Origin: Pseudomonas phage vB_PaeM_GXNNA8
DNA length: 64,000 nucleotides
Strand: one strand, 5' to 3'
Sequence record: PV400810.1
The notes under the pieces were generated by a model. That model was not told the origin of the DNA. It searched no databases and saw only the letters and a program-made list of their open reading frames with translations. Position numbers and translations under genes: made by a program. Positions 1 to 9,694 of the stretch are shown here, one piece after another (position 1 is the first letter of the stretch; each line of letters opens with the position of its first letter).

Positions 1-590
1 AGGTAAATCACCACGATGAACTCAGACACAAGATCATTCAACATGAACTTGGACGGAGCCCATTGGGCGTCACCACGATATGCCACGTGGAATGCCGTCA
101 CAGAGCGTGGAAGGTCCGCACTCCAGTTATTGGTCCACCGACCACCCGCAATGTTGTACTGATTCAACAGAGTGGCCATCCGTTTGGCATAATCCATCGG
201 ATCAGGGGTCATGGGCGGCGGCGCGTCGGTAATATACCGCAGCCAATCCAGCTCTGTGACGCTCCCCACAAACTCCGGTGGACCCGCCCAGATGATGTTC
301 TCATCGGCATTCACGACCGCCGCCATGGGATTGACCAGGGTGGTGTCGTCCAGCGGCTTACGTGCAACACCCGCTTTGTTGACGAAATGCACCACAACCT
401 CACCCGTCACAGGGTCGAGCAGGTCCAGAATGACTTTATCACCATCAACGATGGCTTGGGCTTCCTTGAAGTCTTCCGGTTTCAGGGTGGTTTGATAGAA
501 GGCGTTGGCTATCTCAATTGCCTGACCTGCCGTCATATTCTCAACCAGTGGAAGGTGAACTTCTCCTTTTAGTATGGCTGGGATTTCCAT
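1..590 (-). CDS. hypothetical protein, 5'-partial in window (N-terminal part present, gene runs off the window start)
   Basis: Reverse-strand ATG at ~588-590 (MEIPAILKGEVHLPLVENMTAGQAIEIANAFYQ...) stays open to position 1. Sits directly downstream of the 594..1541 minus gene. Not in the ORF track because it has no in-window stop. Confidence 0.5.
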   Translation of the reverse strand, partial: MEIPAILKGEVHLPLVENMTAGQAIEIANAFYQTTLKPEDFKEAQAIVDGDKVILDLLDPVTGEVVVHFVNKAGVARKPLDDTTLVNPMAAVVNADENIIWAGPPEFVGSVTELDWLRYITDAPPPMTPDPMDYAKRMATLLNQYNIAGGRWTNNWSADLPRSVTAFHVAYRGDAQWAPSKFMLNDLVSEFIVVIY

Positions 591-593
591 GGG

Positions 594-1541
594 TCAGTTT
601 CCTTGTCCAGTTGGGGGTTGAGTTGAATTGGTATGCAAGAGCATGGGTGCGCTTGCACCGTGGTCAAACGCAAGCTGGATCTTGATGTTAGAGAGCGCAT
701 TGCGGCCATCACGTTCAGTCATGTAGTGGGCAAAGACTGCACTCATGACCTCGGTATACTGGATAGTCGCGCCTCCAGCAATCTCCCCACGGAATTGAGT
801 ATCAATCCCATAAGCAACACCCACTTCGTTAATGGATGCGTATCCCGCATCCCCGTAGTAGATTTTGCAGGCTTGTGAAATCTCACGCAAATCAGATTGA
901 GTCAACGAACAGTCCAAAATAGCCGAACTGTTAATGTACTCATTGCTGACAGGAATGTTACCCTCACTGGTAAAGTCAACCGGTTGTGGGTTATCCAGGT
1001 CGTCTTTACGGTGAATGTAAGGTTTAACATCCTCCAGACCGGTTACAGGATCACGAGTGATCTTGTTTTCGGTTGGATTATAGTTATCGAAATTAACCAA
1101 CTTCAACCAATAGAACTCGTAAGGAATACCGTTTCTAGCCTCCACGGTCCTCATACGAAACTTCTCGCGGTTAAGGTTGTCCAAAGGGGCGTCCAAAGGA
1201 CGTGCAATAAAGGGAACGGGTGTAAACAGGTTCATGTCAATCGGTTGGTGTTGGTTCACCTTCAATCGACTGACCCCCCGACTGTCTTTACCATCACAGT
1301 TGGATCCCCTTACACCAATCCCGAAATACTTCAAGTAGAAATCTCGGGAATTCTTACTTCCCAGGGATTCTTCAGCCAGAATACCATAATGCTCATTGAG
1401 CGTGGTGTACTTGGGAATGGTAATCGGTTGACCAGTGACGATACATTTCGCGATCAGATTACCCATGGAGGTATTCGTGGTCGTCTGAGCGGGAACCTCA
1501 GATCGATTCTGATCCTGGAGTTCATTAGCAGAAAGTGCCAT
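594..1541 (-). CDS. hypothetical protein (315 aa)
   Basis: Long ORF tiling the minus strand. No recognisable motif. Confidence 0.6.
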   Translation of the reverse strand: MALSANELQDQNRSEVPAQTTTNTSMGNLIAKCIVTGQPITIPKYTTLNEHYGILAEESLGSKNSRDFYLKYFGIGVRGSNCDGKDSRGVSRLKVNQHQPIDMNLFTPVPFIARPLDAPLDNLNREKFRMRTVEARNGIPYEFYWLKLVNFDNYNPTENKITRDPVTGLEDVKPYIHRKDDLDNPQPVDFTSEGNIPVSNEYINSSAILDCSLTQSDLREISQACKIYYGDAGYASINEVGVAYGIDTQFRGEIAGGATIQYTEVMSAVFAHYMTERDGRNALSNIKIQLAFDHGASAPMLLHTNSTQPPTGQGN

Positions 1542-1549
1542 GGTAATTC

Positions 1550-1948
1550 CTATTTAAAAGCCATCGAAAAGGAGTGCTTAAAGCGCATAGAATCCGTGGA
1601 ACAGATCACTGTTACGCGGTCTCCAATAATGAGTTTACCCACGTCCTGGGGCAGCAGGGATTCGTTCGTATGGGTATTAAACCAAGCGCTGATCATCTCA
1701 GCGTTAATATCAGAACGGTGGAGTTTAAGACTGCTGTCAAGGTCCAGGGAACGATTCAGGGTGTGGGGTGTCAAACTGATGCGTTCGTGCTCATACCGTG
1801 TGCAAGGGATGCCGTCCCCGTGAAGGATGAACATCGCATTGAGGGTGGTGGGATTACGGCCTTGATATTCAATGTTCAAGGCCGTTGCTTTATCTAACCC
1901 GTGAAGACGACAAAAAGACTCCTTAATGAGTCTCAACTCTTTGGTCAT
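1550..1948 (-). CDS. hypothetical protein (132 aa)
   Basis: Minus-strand ORF packed between neighbours. No motif recognised. Confidence 0.5.
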   Translation of the reverse strand: MTKELRLIKESFCRLHGLDKATALNIEYQGRNPTTLNAMFILHGDGIPCTRYEHERISLTPHTLNRSLDLDSSLKLHRSDINAEMISAWFNTHTNESLLPQDVGKLIIGDRVTVICSTDSMRFKHSFSMAFK

Positions 1949-1962
1949 TAGACTCTTCTCCT

Positions 1963-4344
1963 TTAGTCCTTATTAACGTCTTTAAATTGAAGTCTTCCAC
2001 TAGGAGTGACCGCCGTAACCGGCCCTCTTAAGACCAGTCTGCCGTAGTTGGCGGGGTCAATCACCGTCGGGGGACTCAGCTCCTTAAACACAAGGCGGCC
2101 ATAGTCCGCTGGACCTACGAGTGTTTCCTTATGCAGCTCTTTGAATACCAGACGCCCATAATTAGTTTCAGGGAGGCCCATACGATCTGCTGGTAACAGC
2201 CTGAAATAGGAGTCATCGATTATCCGAACTGCATAGTCCAACAGGTTGGTGCTGAGATCCACCCGTTCAAAGATATCATCGCTACGCGCCACCCCATACC
2301 CTTCTGCAATCGCTGCCACCTCAGGGATCATAGGTTCAACCAGGGGATGAACCTCTTCAACGGTACGAACACCATCGAAATGGGTGGGAACATCCATCTG
2401 AACATGGGTGTAATCCCCGAAGGCACCATTTCCCTTCCCAATCCACCGGGGATCCCCAACAAAGATCTCACTGGGGAGCTCCGTTAAGTCCGTACCGTCA
2501 TCGATTTCCTTAATGACCTGGATGGTGTAAGACGACAGCTGCATCATGATATCAATGAGGTTTGACTGTTTAATCCTCAAGGACGGGTTATTGTTGCTGT
2601 CCCAACCCGTGATGCGTTTGAAGATCTCCCAGGCAAAGTTACGGGCTTCTTCCGGGGTGTATTCCGTAAAGTCGAACTCATACCGATTCAAGAGTTGTTG
2701 GTAGGTAGTCAGGTCCGTGATCGTGGCGTTTCCAGACTCGTACATGAACTTCGTGGTGTTCTCCATCCGCGTACGCATGTTCAAGTCGTAGAACTGACTC
2801 GACATCTTCTTGTGTTTCCACATGAGCGCGTAAACTTCTTCAGAATACGCCATGAGGTATTCCGGTGCAATAAAGGTGTTCACCGGAATCCACACGTTAC
2901 GGATGTCATACGCCATAATCGGCGTAATGAACGAAGGACCCCCAATATCAATCAAGGCTTCCAGGGTGGGAGGAACCGCTTTTAATACGTTGTGGTAATA
3001 CGCCGGACAGATGTTGACCGGTTTTTGATCCCTGGCGAAGTCCACCAAGTACCGCCACACGTAGTAGGCATCCCCAACCGGGAGTCTGACCTGTTTACCG
3101 GATTTAGGATCGGTAACCAGAATACGCCCTTTAAAGTACCCCTTAGCGGTTAAGTAAATCCATTCATTAAAGACTACCGACATCTTGGTATCGATGTGAC
3201 GGTTGGTGTAATCCATCATTTTGGATTCCAACGTCTTCGTGGGCAGTTCAGAATGGTTACTGTGTTTCCCTTTCTGCAACGCGTCGTGATAGTACATGGA
3301 CGCTTGATTAGGGTTCTCTTTTGCCAAGGGTTGTTGTTTATCGATCATGTGTCGGGTATCGATAAACGTGGCTTCTCGACCGTAGTCTTCCTGCAAGTTA
3401 AGCTGGAGCCTACGGTACAGGGGATTGGGAACCAATTCTTCCAACTGATTCGCTGTATTCTCCACCATATCAAACTTGGCCAGGGGAATACGAGCGTGGG
3501 TCAGGAGGTTGTCCATCAACTTCCCAAAGGTATACTGCTGACCGGGGTTGTTATCAATCCATGCGATGTTGCGGTACAACCACATGGTTTGATACCGATC
3601 TAAACTTTCCTTGTACTTGGAGAACGCCCCGTAGGAATCAATGTGACTCCAAATATAGAAATCATGAGCATACCGCGTCCCAATGGCTTCATGCCGAATG
3701 GTGCAAATGGCTTTGAACAGGTCAGCATACAGCAACATAATCCCGAAAGGGAGCATCAAGTCATCTGTTAACCGGTATTCGTGACGGAAGACTTGTTCCA
3801 CTTCACTGTAGATCCAAGCTTGGAGTTGAGGGATCAATTGGTCCTCATTCCATTGCACCAAAGCCTTATTGTATTTGAGGATCTTATAGTCCTCAGCCTC
3901 TATGGTCTCCTCGTAGGGGATTGGTGCAATAATGCCGCGAATCAATTCAGCTTGTCCCGGGTACCGTTCGACCAAGCGATTGAACCAATAGCCCCCGGTA
4001 GCATACTCCCTGGCCGTCGCTAAATGGGTCACCAAGTTGTCTTTATTGAAGACAATTTCGTCACCGGTATCAATCGACGTAATAGTCATGATCTGATCAT
4101 TGGGGTGGTAGTCCCCATTCAGGTTCATGTAGTACCGCCAGGTCCTTTTATCCAACCCGACAGGATAACCCGCTTCCTCCAGGACTTTGTTATCCCGTAA
4201 GGCAATGGCTTCTATTTTGATGACCATGGTTCTGACTAGACGAAACACGTCAGTCAGATAAGCATTAAATTCAATATTGTCCATAGTTCGCTCGAAGAGG
4301 TTAAGAATGGTCGATACATCTCGTAGACAGTCCAAGGGTAACAC
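1963..4344 (-). CDS. large hypothetical (virion?) protein with C-terminal triple ~15-aa repeat (D/N)YGRLVFKEL
   Basis: 793-aa ORF (GTG start in track; internal ATG alternatives at ~4284/4227). The C-terminus carries three tandem YGRLV(F/L) repeats. Confidence 0.6.
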   Translation of the reverse strand: MLPLDCLRDVSTILNLFERTMDNIEFNAYLTDVFRLVRTMVIKIEAIALRDNKVLEEAGYPVGLDKRTWRYYMNLNGDYHPNDQIMTITSIDTGDEIVFNKDNLVTHLATAREYATGGYWFNRLVERYPGQAELIRGIIAPIPYEETIEAEDYKILKYNKALVQWNEDQLIPQLQAWIYSEVEQVFRHEYRLTDDLMLPFGIMLLYADLFKAICTIRHEAIGTRYAHDFYIWSHIDSYGAFSKYKESLDRYQTMWLYRNIAWIDNNPGQQYTFGKLMDNLLTHARIPLAKFDMVENTANQLEELVPNPLYRRLQLNLQEDYGREATFIDTRHMIDKQQPLAKENPNQASMYYHDALQKGKHSNHSELPTKTLESKMMDYTNRHIDTKMSVVFNEWIYLTAKGYFKGRILVTDPKSGKQVRLPVGDAYYVWRYLVDFARDQKPVNICPAYYHNVLKAVPPTLEALIDIGGPSFITPIMAYDIRNVWIPVNTFIAPEYLMAYSEEVYALMWKHKKMSSQFYDLNMRTRMENTTKFMYESGNATITDLTTYQQLLNRYEFDFTEYTPEEARNFAWEIFKRITGWDSNNNPSLRIKQSNLIDIMMQLSSYTIQVIKEIDDGTDLTELPSEIFVGDPRWIGKGNGAFGDYTHVQMDVPTHFDGVRTVEEVHPLVEPMIPEVAAIAEGYGVARSDDIFERVDLSTNLLDYAVRIIDDSYFRLLPADRMGLPETNYGRLVFKELHKETLVGPADYGRLVFKELSPPTVIDPANYGRLVLRGPVTAVTPSGRLQFKDVNKD
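2040..2200 (-). repeat. in-frame tandem ~45-bp repeats encoding (D/N)YGRLVFKEL x3 at the C-terminus of the 793-aa protein
   Basis: Protein-level triple repeat ETNYGRLVFKEL / PADYGRLVFKEL / PANYGRLVLRG. Confidence 0.6.
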
Positions 4345-7279
4345 GCAGGTGGATTTTGCTGCTTTGCGTAAATCGTTGACGACTCAAAACCCAGTGGTTG
4401 CAGCGACCCTGCGTAATGCTACGCCTCGTAACGGTTCATCCCCTGAACGGGATGAGATCAACGGTCATCGGACGGTTAACCCTTACAAACTGGAAAAGCT
4501 GAGTAATATCATCAGCAACAACATTAACGCGGCTACTGATTTGCGGTTAATCACGCCGTATATCGACAAAGCCACCTTGATCTGGCAGACGTGTCTACTC
4601 TACCCCAATGGGAAGCAAGACAAAATCCTCACCTACGACACCCAACCGTCCCCTATTAAAAATGCAAAATTGCATGATGAACTCCTCACCATCTGGGATG
4701 GCTACTATACCAATGACTATAAGATCGAGAAAGATTTGAGGGAAATGATCGCGGATATTCTCTTCAATACCGGGAGTTATGTGCTGTTTAACTTGAGTCG
4801 CCCAGGTCTCGATTATTTGATCAACGGTGCGGAGCAATCCGGGGATGTTGCCGGTAACGAACAGTTCATGACCCAGGCTAAAGAGATGCTAAGTCATGAG
4901 TTCGTAGTCGTCAACGGTAAAGTCCGGGTGAAGAACAAAGGTGTCTTTGTCGGTAATAGAACCAGTCATAATACAAATAACACCGTCAGTGGTCTAGAAT
5001 CCCTTTTCCTGAACCCTTCTTCTCAGGATGCTGGAGTGGAATTCAATATCTTTGAAGACGATAAAGACTCTGTCTCGAAGGAATTGGCTCAGCTGATTGA
5101 TATTACCCTGACCGATAACCCAGCGGTCTTGTACCTCCAGAAGTTCGAGGAAAGTAAACGTCGGTCGAATGTTGCCGCGGTAACGGGAGCGGAAGGGTTG
5201 GACCTTATTATCCAAACCGCTCTGGTGGCTCGTACGAACCCTGGAGATGATCAACAGCACTATACGGATGCAGATGGTAAGAAACGCAAACGTAAGAAGC
5301 CTGCTGATCCTCAAGCCACTACCGTTAACTTAACAGAAGGTGAATTGAATGAGTTGAGTAACCGTTTGTTCCCTCAACGGAATCCGGTGAGTCAGATCAT
5401 TCAATTCAGTAAACCCGTCGATGCCTTGAAGATTGCACCCTATGGACGGGGGATTACCTACAAGGTTCCCAGTGAAGCGGTGATTCCGATTCACATTAAC
5501 GGGAGTAATGGAACTCAAACGGACTTTATCCTCCTCACGGATCCTCGGGATGGGAGTTTCCTGAAGAATACGAATGACTTCGAGTACTACCAGAGTAACC
5601 GAAGCAATGCCAGTATGATTGCTAACCGCCCTAAAAACGGTAGTACGAACAACCTGGTTAAACAGCTTCGTCAGATCCAAGAAGGGAAAGAATGTGATTT
5701 CGATATGACCGAGTTCATTGAGATCTCGAAATCGAATATCATTCGACGGTACATGCAGTCAGTCCTCAGTGGTCGCGGGGAGAATATCAGCATTGAAATC
5801 GATGAGGAAGCCAACAAGATCTTCCTGCAACGCATTTTCCGTAGGCAGGGGATTCGGTGTTTGTATGTGCCTGGGGAAGCGATGACCTATATGGCCCTGA
5901 ACTATAACCGTTTAGGGATTGGTCAGTCGTTGACTCAAATGGCTAAAATGCACATTGCTCGTTTAGCGGCCTTAGACCTCGCTGACGCGTTGGCGAACCT
6001 AGAGGCGGCTACACCCCACACCCAAATGACGATTAACCTCCAGGAGAACGACGCAGAGCCTTTTGCGGGTATTGCGGCGACCAGGGCAGCGTTCTTTGAA
6101 GCTAACCCACGGTTGCACAGTATTCTCTCAACATCTCAACTATCAGTCCCCATGATTGTGGATACCTTGAGGGAGAACTCCTTAACAGTTAAAGTCAACG
6201 CGGGTGAGAACCCTTACTTCCCTGCCTCGGATATTCAGCTCGATCAATTGGAAAAGAACATCTTCCGCCCGGTCGATCAGAATAGTCGTACGGAGCTGTT
6301 GAACAAGATCGCCAACTACTTCCACCTGTCTCGGAGTTGGTTGGATGTCAGTGACGATCAGAACAACTTCCAGATTGAGGCCCTGGCTGAACACCAGATG
6401 CTCCTGAACCAAATCGTTAACTGGCAAGAACGCCTGGCAGACTTCATTATTGACTTCGAACGTAAGCATGCTCACGTGAACGGGCCTTTAATGAAGAAGT
6501 TGGTGACCAAGATCTCGGAGAATAAGAAACTCTGGTCACCGGACAGTAAGGAGAAACTGGAAGGGTCTGACGAAGAGATCATTAAAATGATTCTCGTCGA
6601 CTTCTTGACTAACCTTAAAGCCCACTTCCCCATCCCCAGTTCTGTTGAAACGACCGCTAAACTCAAGGACAGTTTGGATACGGTGAGTCAGCTGGTGGAG
6701 TCGTGGGTTGCCATGGCGGGTCATTCGGGTAACCTGAAACAGATTGCTGAGCTCTTGGGTATTCCGGAATCTGATGACGGAGAAGGGAATAACAAGAACC
6801 TGACGGCGATTAACGAGCAAGTGAAGTCAGTGCTCACGGTTGAAGCCTTCAGGCGCTATAACCTCCCGATGCCATTTGACGACATCCTTAACGATGGTAA
6901 GGGTGGTGGTCTTGCTTCCTTGGTGAACGCCGTTGTGAGTCAGCGTCAGAATGTCGGGGAGTTCCTGGCAGCCCTGATTGCAGGGACTCGTGATGCGGAT
7001 GCTAAGGTCATTAAGGCACACGCCAAGAAGATCGATAAGGCTGATAAAGACCTCCAAGAAGCCAGGGATAAGGCGAATCTCCCTGAAGGGGATCAGAACG
7101 CCTTAGAGAATACCCCTCCCGGGGAAGAGGAAGAACCGGAAGGTATAGAGGAAGAGGAAGGTTCTGAAGCAGGTACTGAAGGAGAGGAGGAAGAAGAAAC
7201 CTCTCCTGAGGGTGAAGAAGGCAATGAGGATGGGACCAATCCTGAAGAGAACAGTCCCGATACCAATCCCTTTGCTTAA
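4307..7279 (+). CDS. large hypothetical protein (~990 aa) with poly-acidic C-terminal tail and a basic KKRKRKK patch
   Basis: Track ORF is 4277..7279. I prefer the ATG at 4307, which follows GAGGTTAAGA (RBS-like). The last ~55 aa are very E/D-rich. Followed by the hairpin at 7298-7340. Confidence 0.6.
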   Translation: MVDTSRRQSKGNTQVDFAALRKSLTTQNPVVAATLRNATPRNGSSPERDEINGHRTVNPYKLEKLSNIISNNINAATDLRLITPYIDKATLIWQTCLLYPNGKQDKILTYDTQPSPIKNAKLHDELLTIWDGYYTNDYKIEKDLREMIADILFNTGSYVLFNLSRPGLDYLINGAEQSGDVAGNEQFMTQAKEMLSHEFVVVNGKVRVKNKGVFVGNRTSHNTNNTVSGLESLFLNPSSQDAGVEFNIFEDDKDSVSKELAQLIDITLTDNPAVLYLQKFEESKRRSNVAAVTGAEGLDLIIQTALVARTNPGDDQQHYTDADGKKRKRKKPADPQATTVNLTEGELNELSNRLFPQRNPVSQIIQFSKPVDALKIAPYGRGITYKVPSEAVIPIHINGSNGTQTDFILLTDPRDGSFLKNTNDFEYYQSNRSNASMIANRPKNGSTNNLVKQLRQIQEGKECDFDMTEFIEISKSNIIRRYMQSVLSGRGENISIEIDEEANKIFLQRIFRRQGIRCLYVPGEAMTYMALNYNRLGIGQSLTQMAKMHIARLAALDLADALANLEAATPHTQMTINLQENDAEPFAGIAATRAAFFEANPRLHSILSTSQLSVPMIVDTLRENSLTVKVNAGENPYFPASDIQLDQLEKNIFRPVDQNSRTELLNKIANYFHLSRSWLDVSDDQNNFQIEALAEHQMLLNQIVNWQERLADFIIDFERKHAHVNGPLMKKLVTKISENKKLWSPDSKEKLEGSDEEIIKMILVDFLTNLKAHFPIPSSVETTAKLKDSLDTVSQLVESWVAMAGHSGNLKQIAELLGIPESDDGEGNNKNLTAINEQVKSVLTVEAFRRYNLPMPFDDILNDGKGGGLASLVNAVVSQRQNVGEFLAALIAGTRDADAKVIKAHAKKIDKADKDLQEARDKANLPEGDQNALENTPPGEEEEPEGIEEEEGSEAGTEGEEEEETSPEGEEGNEDGTNPEENSPDTNPFA

Positions 7280-7297
7280 TCAAAAATAAACGTTATA

Positions 7298-7340
7298 CCC
7301 CCTAACCCCTAGCCCCTTTAACAGGGCTAGGGGTTAGGGG
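7298..7340. terminator. bidirectional intrinsic-terminator-like hairpin (CCCCTAACCCCTAGCCCC / GGGCTAGGGGTTAGGGG) between convergent genes
   Basis: Stem of ~17 bp. T-runs on both sides (tttattcag on plus; ggtataacgtttattttt on minus). Confidence 0.7.
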
Positions 7341-7351
7341 TTTATTCAGTG

Positions 7352-7828
7352 TTACTCTTTACTCTCAATGATGTACGGCATGAAGAAGGTCGGACCCAGG
7401 CCTTCCATTGCACGGTAGAAGTTCAGCGAGCGCAGTTCTACCGAGGTTTCAGGATTACCCACCAGGATCGACAGGTTTTTCAGGTCGATCTTCTTGCGTT
7501 TGGCGAATTCCACATAACGCTGTACGGCGACATCGATGTAGTATTCTTCGGGGATAAGACCCGGACGGGTAACCTTACGGACTTCTTCCACCATCTCAAT
7601 AAGGAGTTCTTTATTGAATTCCCCATTGTCATAGAGCGACAGTACATTGATCAGAATGTTGTCGAAGTCCTGGTTATCCTCTTCACTCTCGTCTTTCGAG
7701 GCTTTGGGAGACGTTTGAGGGGTAGCGGGAGCTGGCTGAGCGGGAGGAGTCACCGGAGGGGTGGTTACCGCTTTAGCCTTCTCGTCCTCAGGAGTGGAGG
7801 GGTTCTTCTGATCGTTGTTTTTCGACAT
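7352..7828 (-). CDS. hypothetical protein with N-terminal Pro/Thr/Ala-rich low-complexity linker
   Basis: Track ORF is 7352..7909. The ATG at 7828 is preceded by AAGAGG and gives MSKNNDQKNPSTPEDEK... Confidence 0.55.
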   Translation of the reverse strand: MSKNNDQKNPSTPEDEKAKAVTTPPVTPPAQPAPATPQTSPKASKDESEEDNQDFDNILINVLSLYDNGEFNKELLIEMVEEVRKVTRPGLIPEEYYIDVAVQRYVEFAKRKKIDLKNLSILVGNPETSVELRSLNFYRAMEGLGPTFFMPYIIESKE

Positions 7829-7938
7829 CGCTTTAACCTCTTGGTAAGTCGGGGGATAAGACATAATATTCGTACAGTCTGTATCCGTTAGAAACCGGTC
7901 GAGTAACACGGCATTAAGACAAAAAATAAAAGGAGCGA

Positions 7939-7988
7939 GGGGAGGAGGAACCCACCTGCTTAGAGCCGATGGCTGTCCCTCCTCCCCT
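7939..7988 (-). terminator. GC-rich hairpin (GGGGAGGAGG ... CCTCCTCCCC, ~30-nt loop) followed by a U-tract (TTTTATTTTTT) on the minus strand
   Basis: Ends a ~290-nt non-coding minus-strand segment (7921..8278). Confidence 0.55.
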
Positions 7989-8278
7989 TAACTTGCTAGG
8001 TGTTCAACCAGCGCTAGTTTAGCACCTTCACAAGCCGCCTCACCGTCCGAGAACCTTCCCGCCGACAGCACCGAAAAGGAGACTGAAGTCCAGGTCAATA
8101 GCTCAACAGTGTGACTTGACGATAGCGGCTATACCGTCCATAGGGTTCGGAGTATGAGTTTTGCCAAGCTCATACTCGACGAGTACCACGCCTTATCACC
8201 CTTAAGTTCAGGCGGGACCCGCAGACGCGGATTAATATGACACGTTGTCCGTATATAATACCGTCAACGTGTTAAAAC

Positions 8279-8524
8279 TTACTCTCCGTAATCGAGAGTG
8301 TCGTAAACCATCGACCGAGCCACTTCGGCGATAGTGTCGTCGTCGATCAGACGATGACCGTCCTCATTGCGATCTGCTTTATTCCACGCAGAACTTTCAC
8401 CGAGTGCGTTCACACATATCTTCCCCCGGTAACCCCTGGCGTCGAGGATAAGTCGAGCACGACGAATCACCTCCGTATCGAATTCCCCGTGGGTCTTGAA
8501 CACCTTAAGGTTCTTTTTAGCCAT
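8279..8524 (-). CDS. hypothetical small protein (81 aa)
   Basis: ORF immediately downstream of the repeat protein gene. Followed by a 370-nt non-coding region. Confidence 0.45.
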   Translation of the reverse strand: MAKKNLKVFKTHGEFDTEVIRRARLILDARGYRGKICVNALGESSAWNKADRNEDGHRLIDDDTIAEVARSMVYDTLDYGE

Positions 8525-8535
8525 GATTGACGTCC

Positions 8536-9519
8536 TTAAATTGCCACTAACTCAACATGAGTCAATTGATTGAGATCGGAGGTCAGTTGCTCAGTATAGG
8601 ATACCTGATACGCACCGCCCAGGGTATCGATGTGGAACACAACAGCATCCAAGGCCAGCTTATTCACACGACGTACTTTAACCAGGATTTGCTGATCCTC
8701 AGGCACCGTAAGTTTCACGGTCTCTTTATCGGGTGTCACAGGGGGGTAGAGGGACTCAATGAAGAGTACAGCTTTCTTAGCCTCAAAGACCTGATCAATC
8801 CATTCACTCCCGTTATGAAGCAAACGGTAACCCTTGTCTTCAGATCCCTCAATATGGAAAAAGGGTTTGGGATGTCCTATACCCTTAGTGACCCTTACGA
8901 CCTGGACGTTGATAAGACCTACACCCAATCCTCGGAAGAGTATAGTCACGTGGCCCTCTGTAGAGAATTTTGTCATGGCAATGTCTCCCTTTACGAACTC
9001 GTGGTTTTCATCCAATTGGTAAGGAACGCCAGGTTCGAGACCGTCCTCACCGATATATCCAACTGCTGTGCGGTAACGATTGGCTTCACTGTCGAAGTAC
9101 TGGATGTGGATCTTTCCATTCTTTCCAGCGGACGCAACGCCATCGAGTCCAACGATAGCAGTCCCCCAATCTCCAGCGGTAGCTTTCCCTTTCTTTCCGG
9201 CGGTGGCAGTACCTAAGTATCCGACAGTAGCCGTACTGTAATTTCCGGCGGTGGCGATGCCATGGTCACCAGCGGTGGCGCTGGCGCAATCTCCGGCGAT
9301 AGCCATGCCTTTATTTCCGGCAGAGGCGATACCAAAGCGTTCAACGATGGCTGTCCCATAGTCTCCAGAAACAGCGTGTCCATTGTTCGCAGCGGTGGCG
9401 ACGCTATTTTTTCCAGCGATGGCGGTCCCGTGTTCCCCCACATGGCAAGACCCGTTGTCACCGACTTGAAGGACATGACCACAGCTGGCTCGTTGAAAGG
9501 GTGTTTCTTTATGTTTCAT
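8536..9519 (-). CDS. beta-solenoid octapeptide-repeat protein (ice-nucleation / Hep_Hag-like G-x-A-x-A-G-x-x repeats) with C-terminal globular domain; possible fibre/adhesin-like protein
   Basis: There are 13 consecutive 8-aa repeats (GTAIAGKN SVATAANN ... ATAGNYST ATVGYLGT ATAGKKGK ...). The TAGNYSTAT stretch resembles the InaZ TAGYGSTQT unit. Start at MKHKETPF (9519) follows GGAGAAGG. Track ORF is 8536..9561. Confidence 0.55.
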   Translation of the reverse strand: MKHKETPFQRASCGHVLQVGDNGSCHVGEHGTAIAGKNSVATAANNGHAVSGDYGTAIVERFGIASAGNKGMAIAGDCASATAGDHGIATAGNYSTATVGYLGTATAGKKGKATAGDWGTAIVGLDGVASAGKNGKIHIQYFDSEANRYRTAVGYIGEDGLEPGVPYQLDENHEFVKGDIAMTKFSTEGHVTILFRGLGVGLINVQVVRVTKGIGHPKPFFHIEGSEDKGYRLLHNGSEWIDQVFEAKKAVLFIESLYPPVTPDKETVKLTVPEDQQILVKVRRVNKLALDAVVFHIDTLGGAYQVSYTEQLTSDLNQLTHVELVAI

Positions 9520-9694
9520 GACCTTCTCCAAAATACAGCGATTGGGTATCCAATCTGTCACTCTCGGTAGCTTAAAGGCTAAACGGCTTATTAAGCAAAC
9601 CGCCCGGGTTCTACCGAAAACCCGTTTAAGAAGGGTTGGAGACTACACGTGTGATTTAACGGCGTTTACGTGAGTCCCCTCCTTCACGCAGGGG

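Noticed and set aside
63-572. 169-aa plus-strand ORF at the window start
   Set aside because: It is antisense to a well-formed minus-strand gene (the 1..590 partial CDS). R/H/G-rich shadow-frame composition. No RBS.
897-1823. 308-aa plus-strand ORF overlapping minus genes 594..1948
   Set aside because: Overlaps two tiled minus-strand genes across their junction. Has no RBS. Interpreted as a spurious antisense frame. Other short + ORFs (2695..2985, 3196..3603, 8557..9216) were rejected for the same reason.
8536-9519. Ice-nucleation activity for the octapeptide-repeat protein
   Set aside because: It has only 13 repeat units and no membrane-anchor or large-array architecture. The resemblance is to the repeat fold, not the function.
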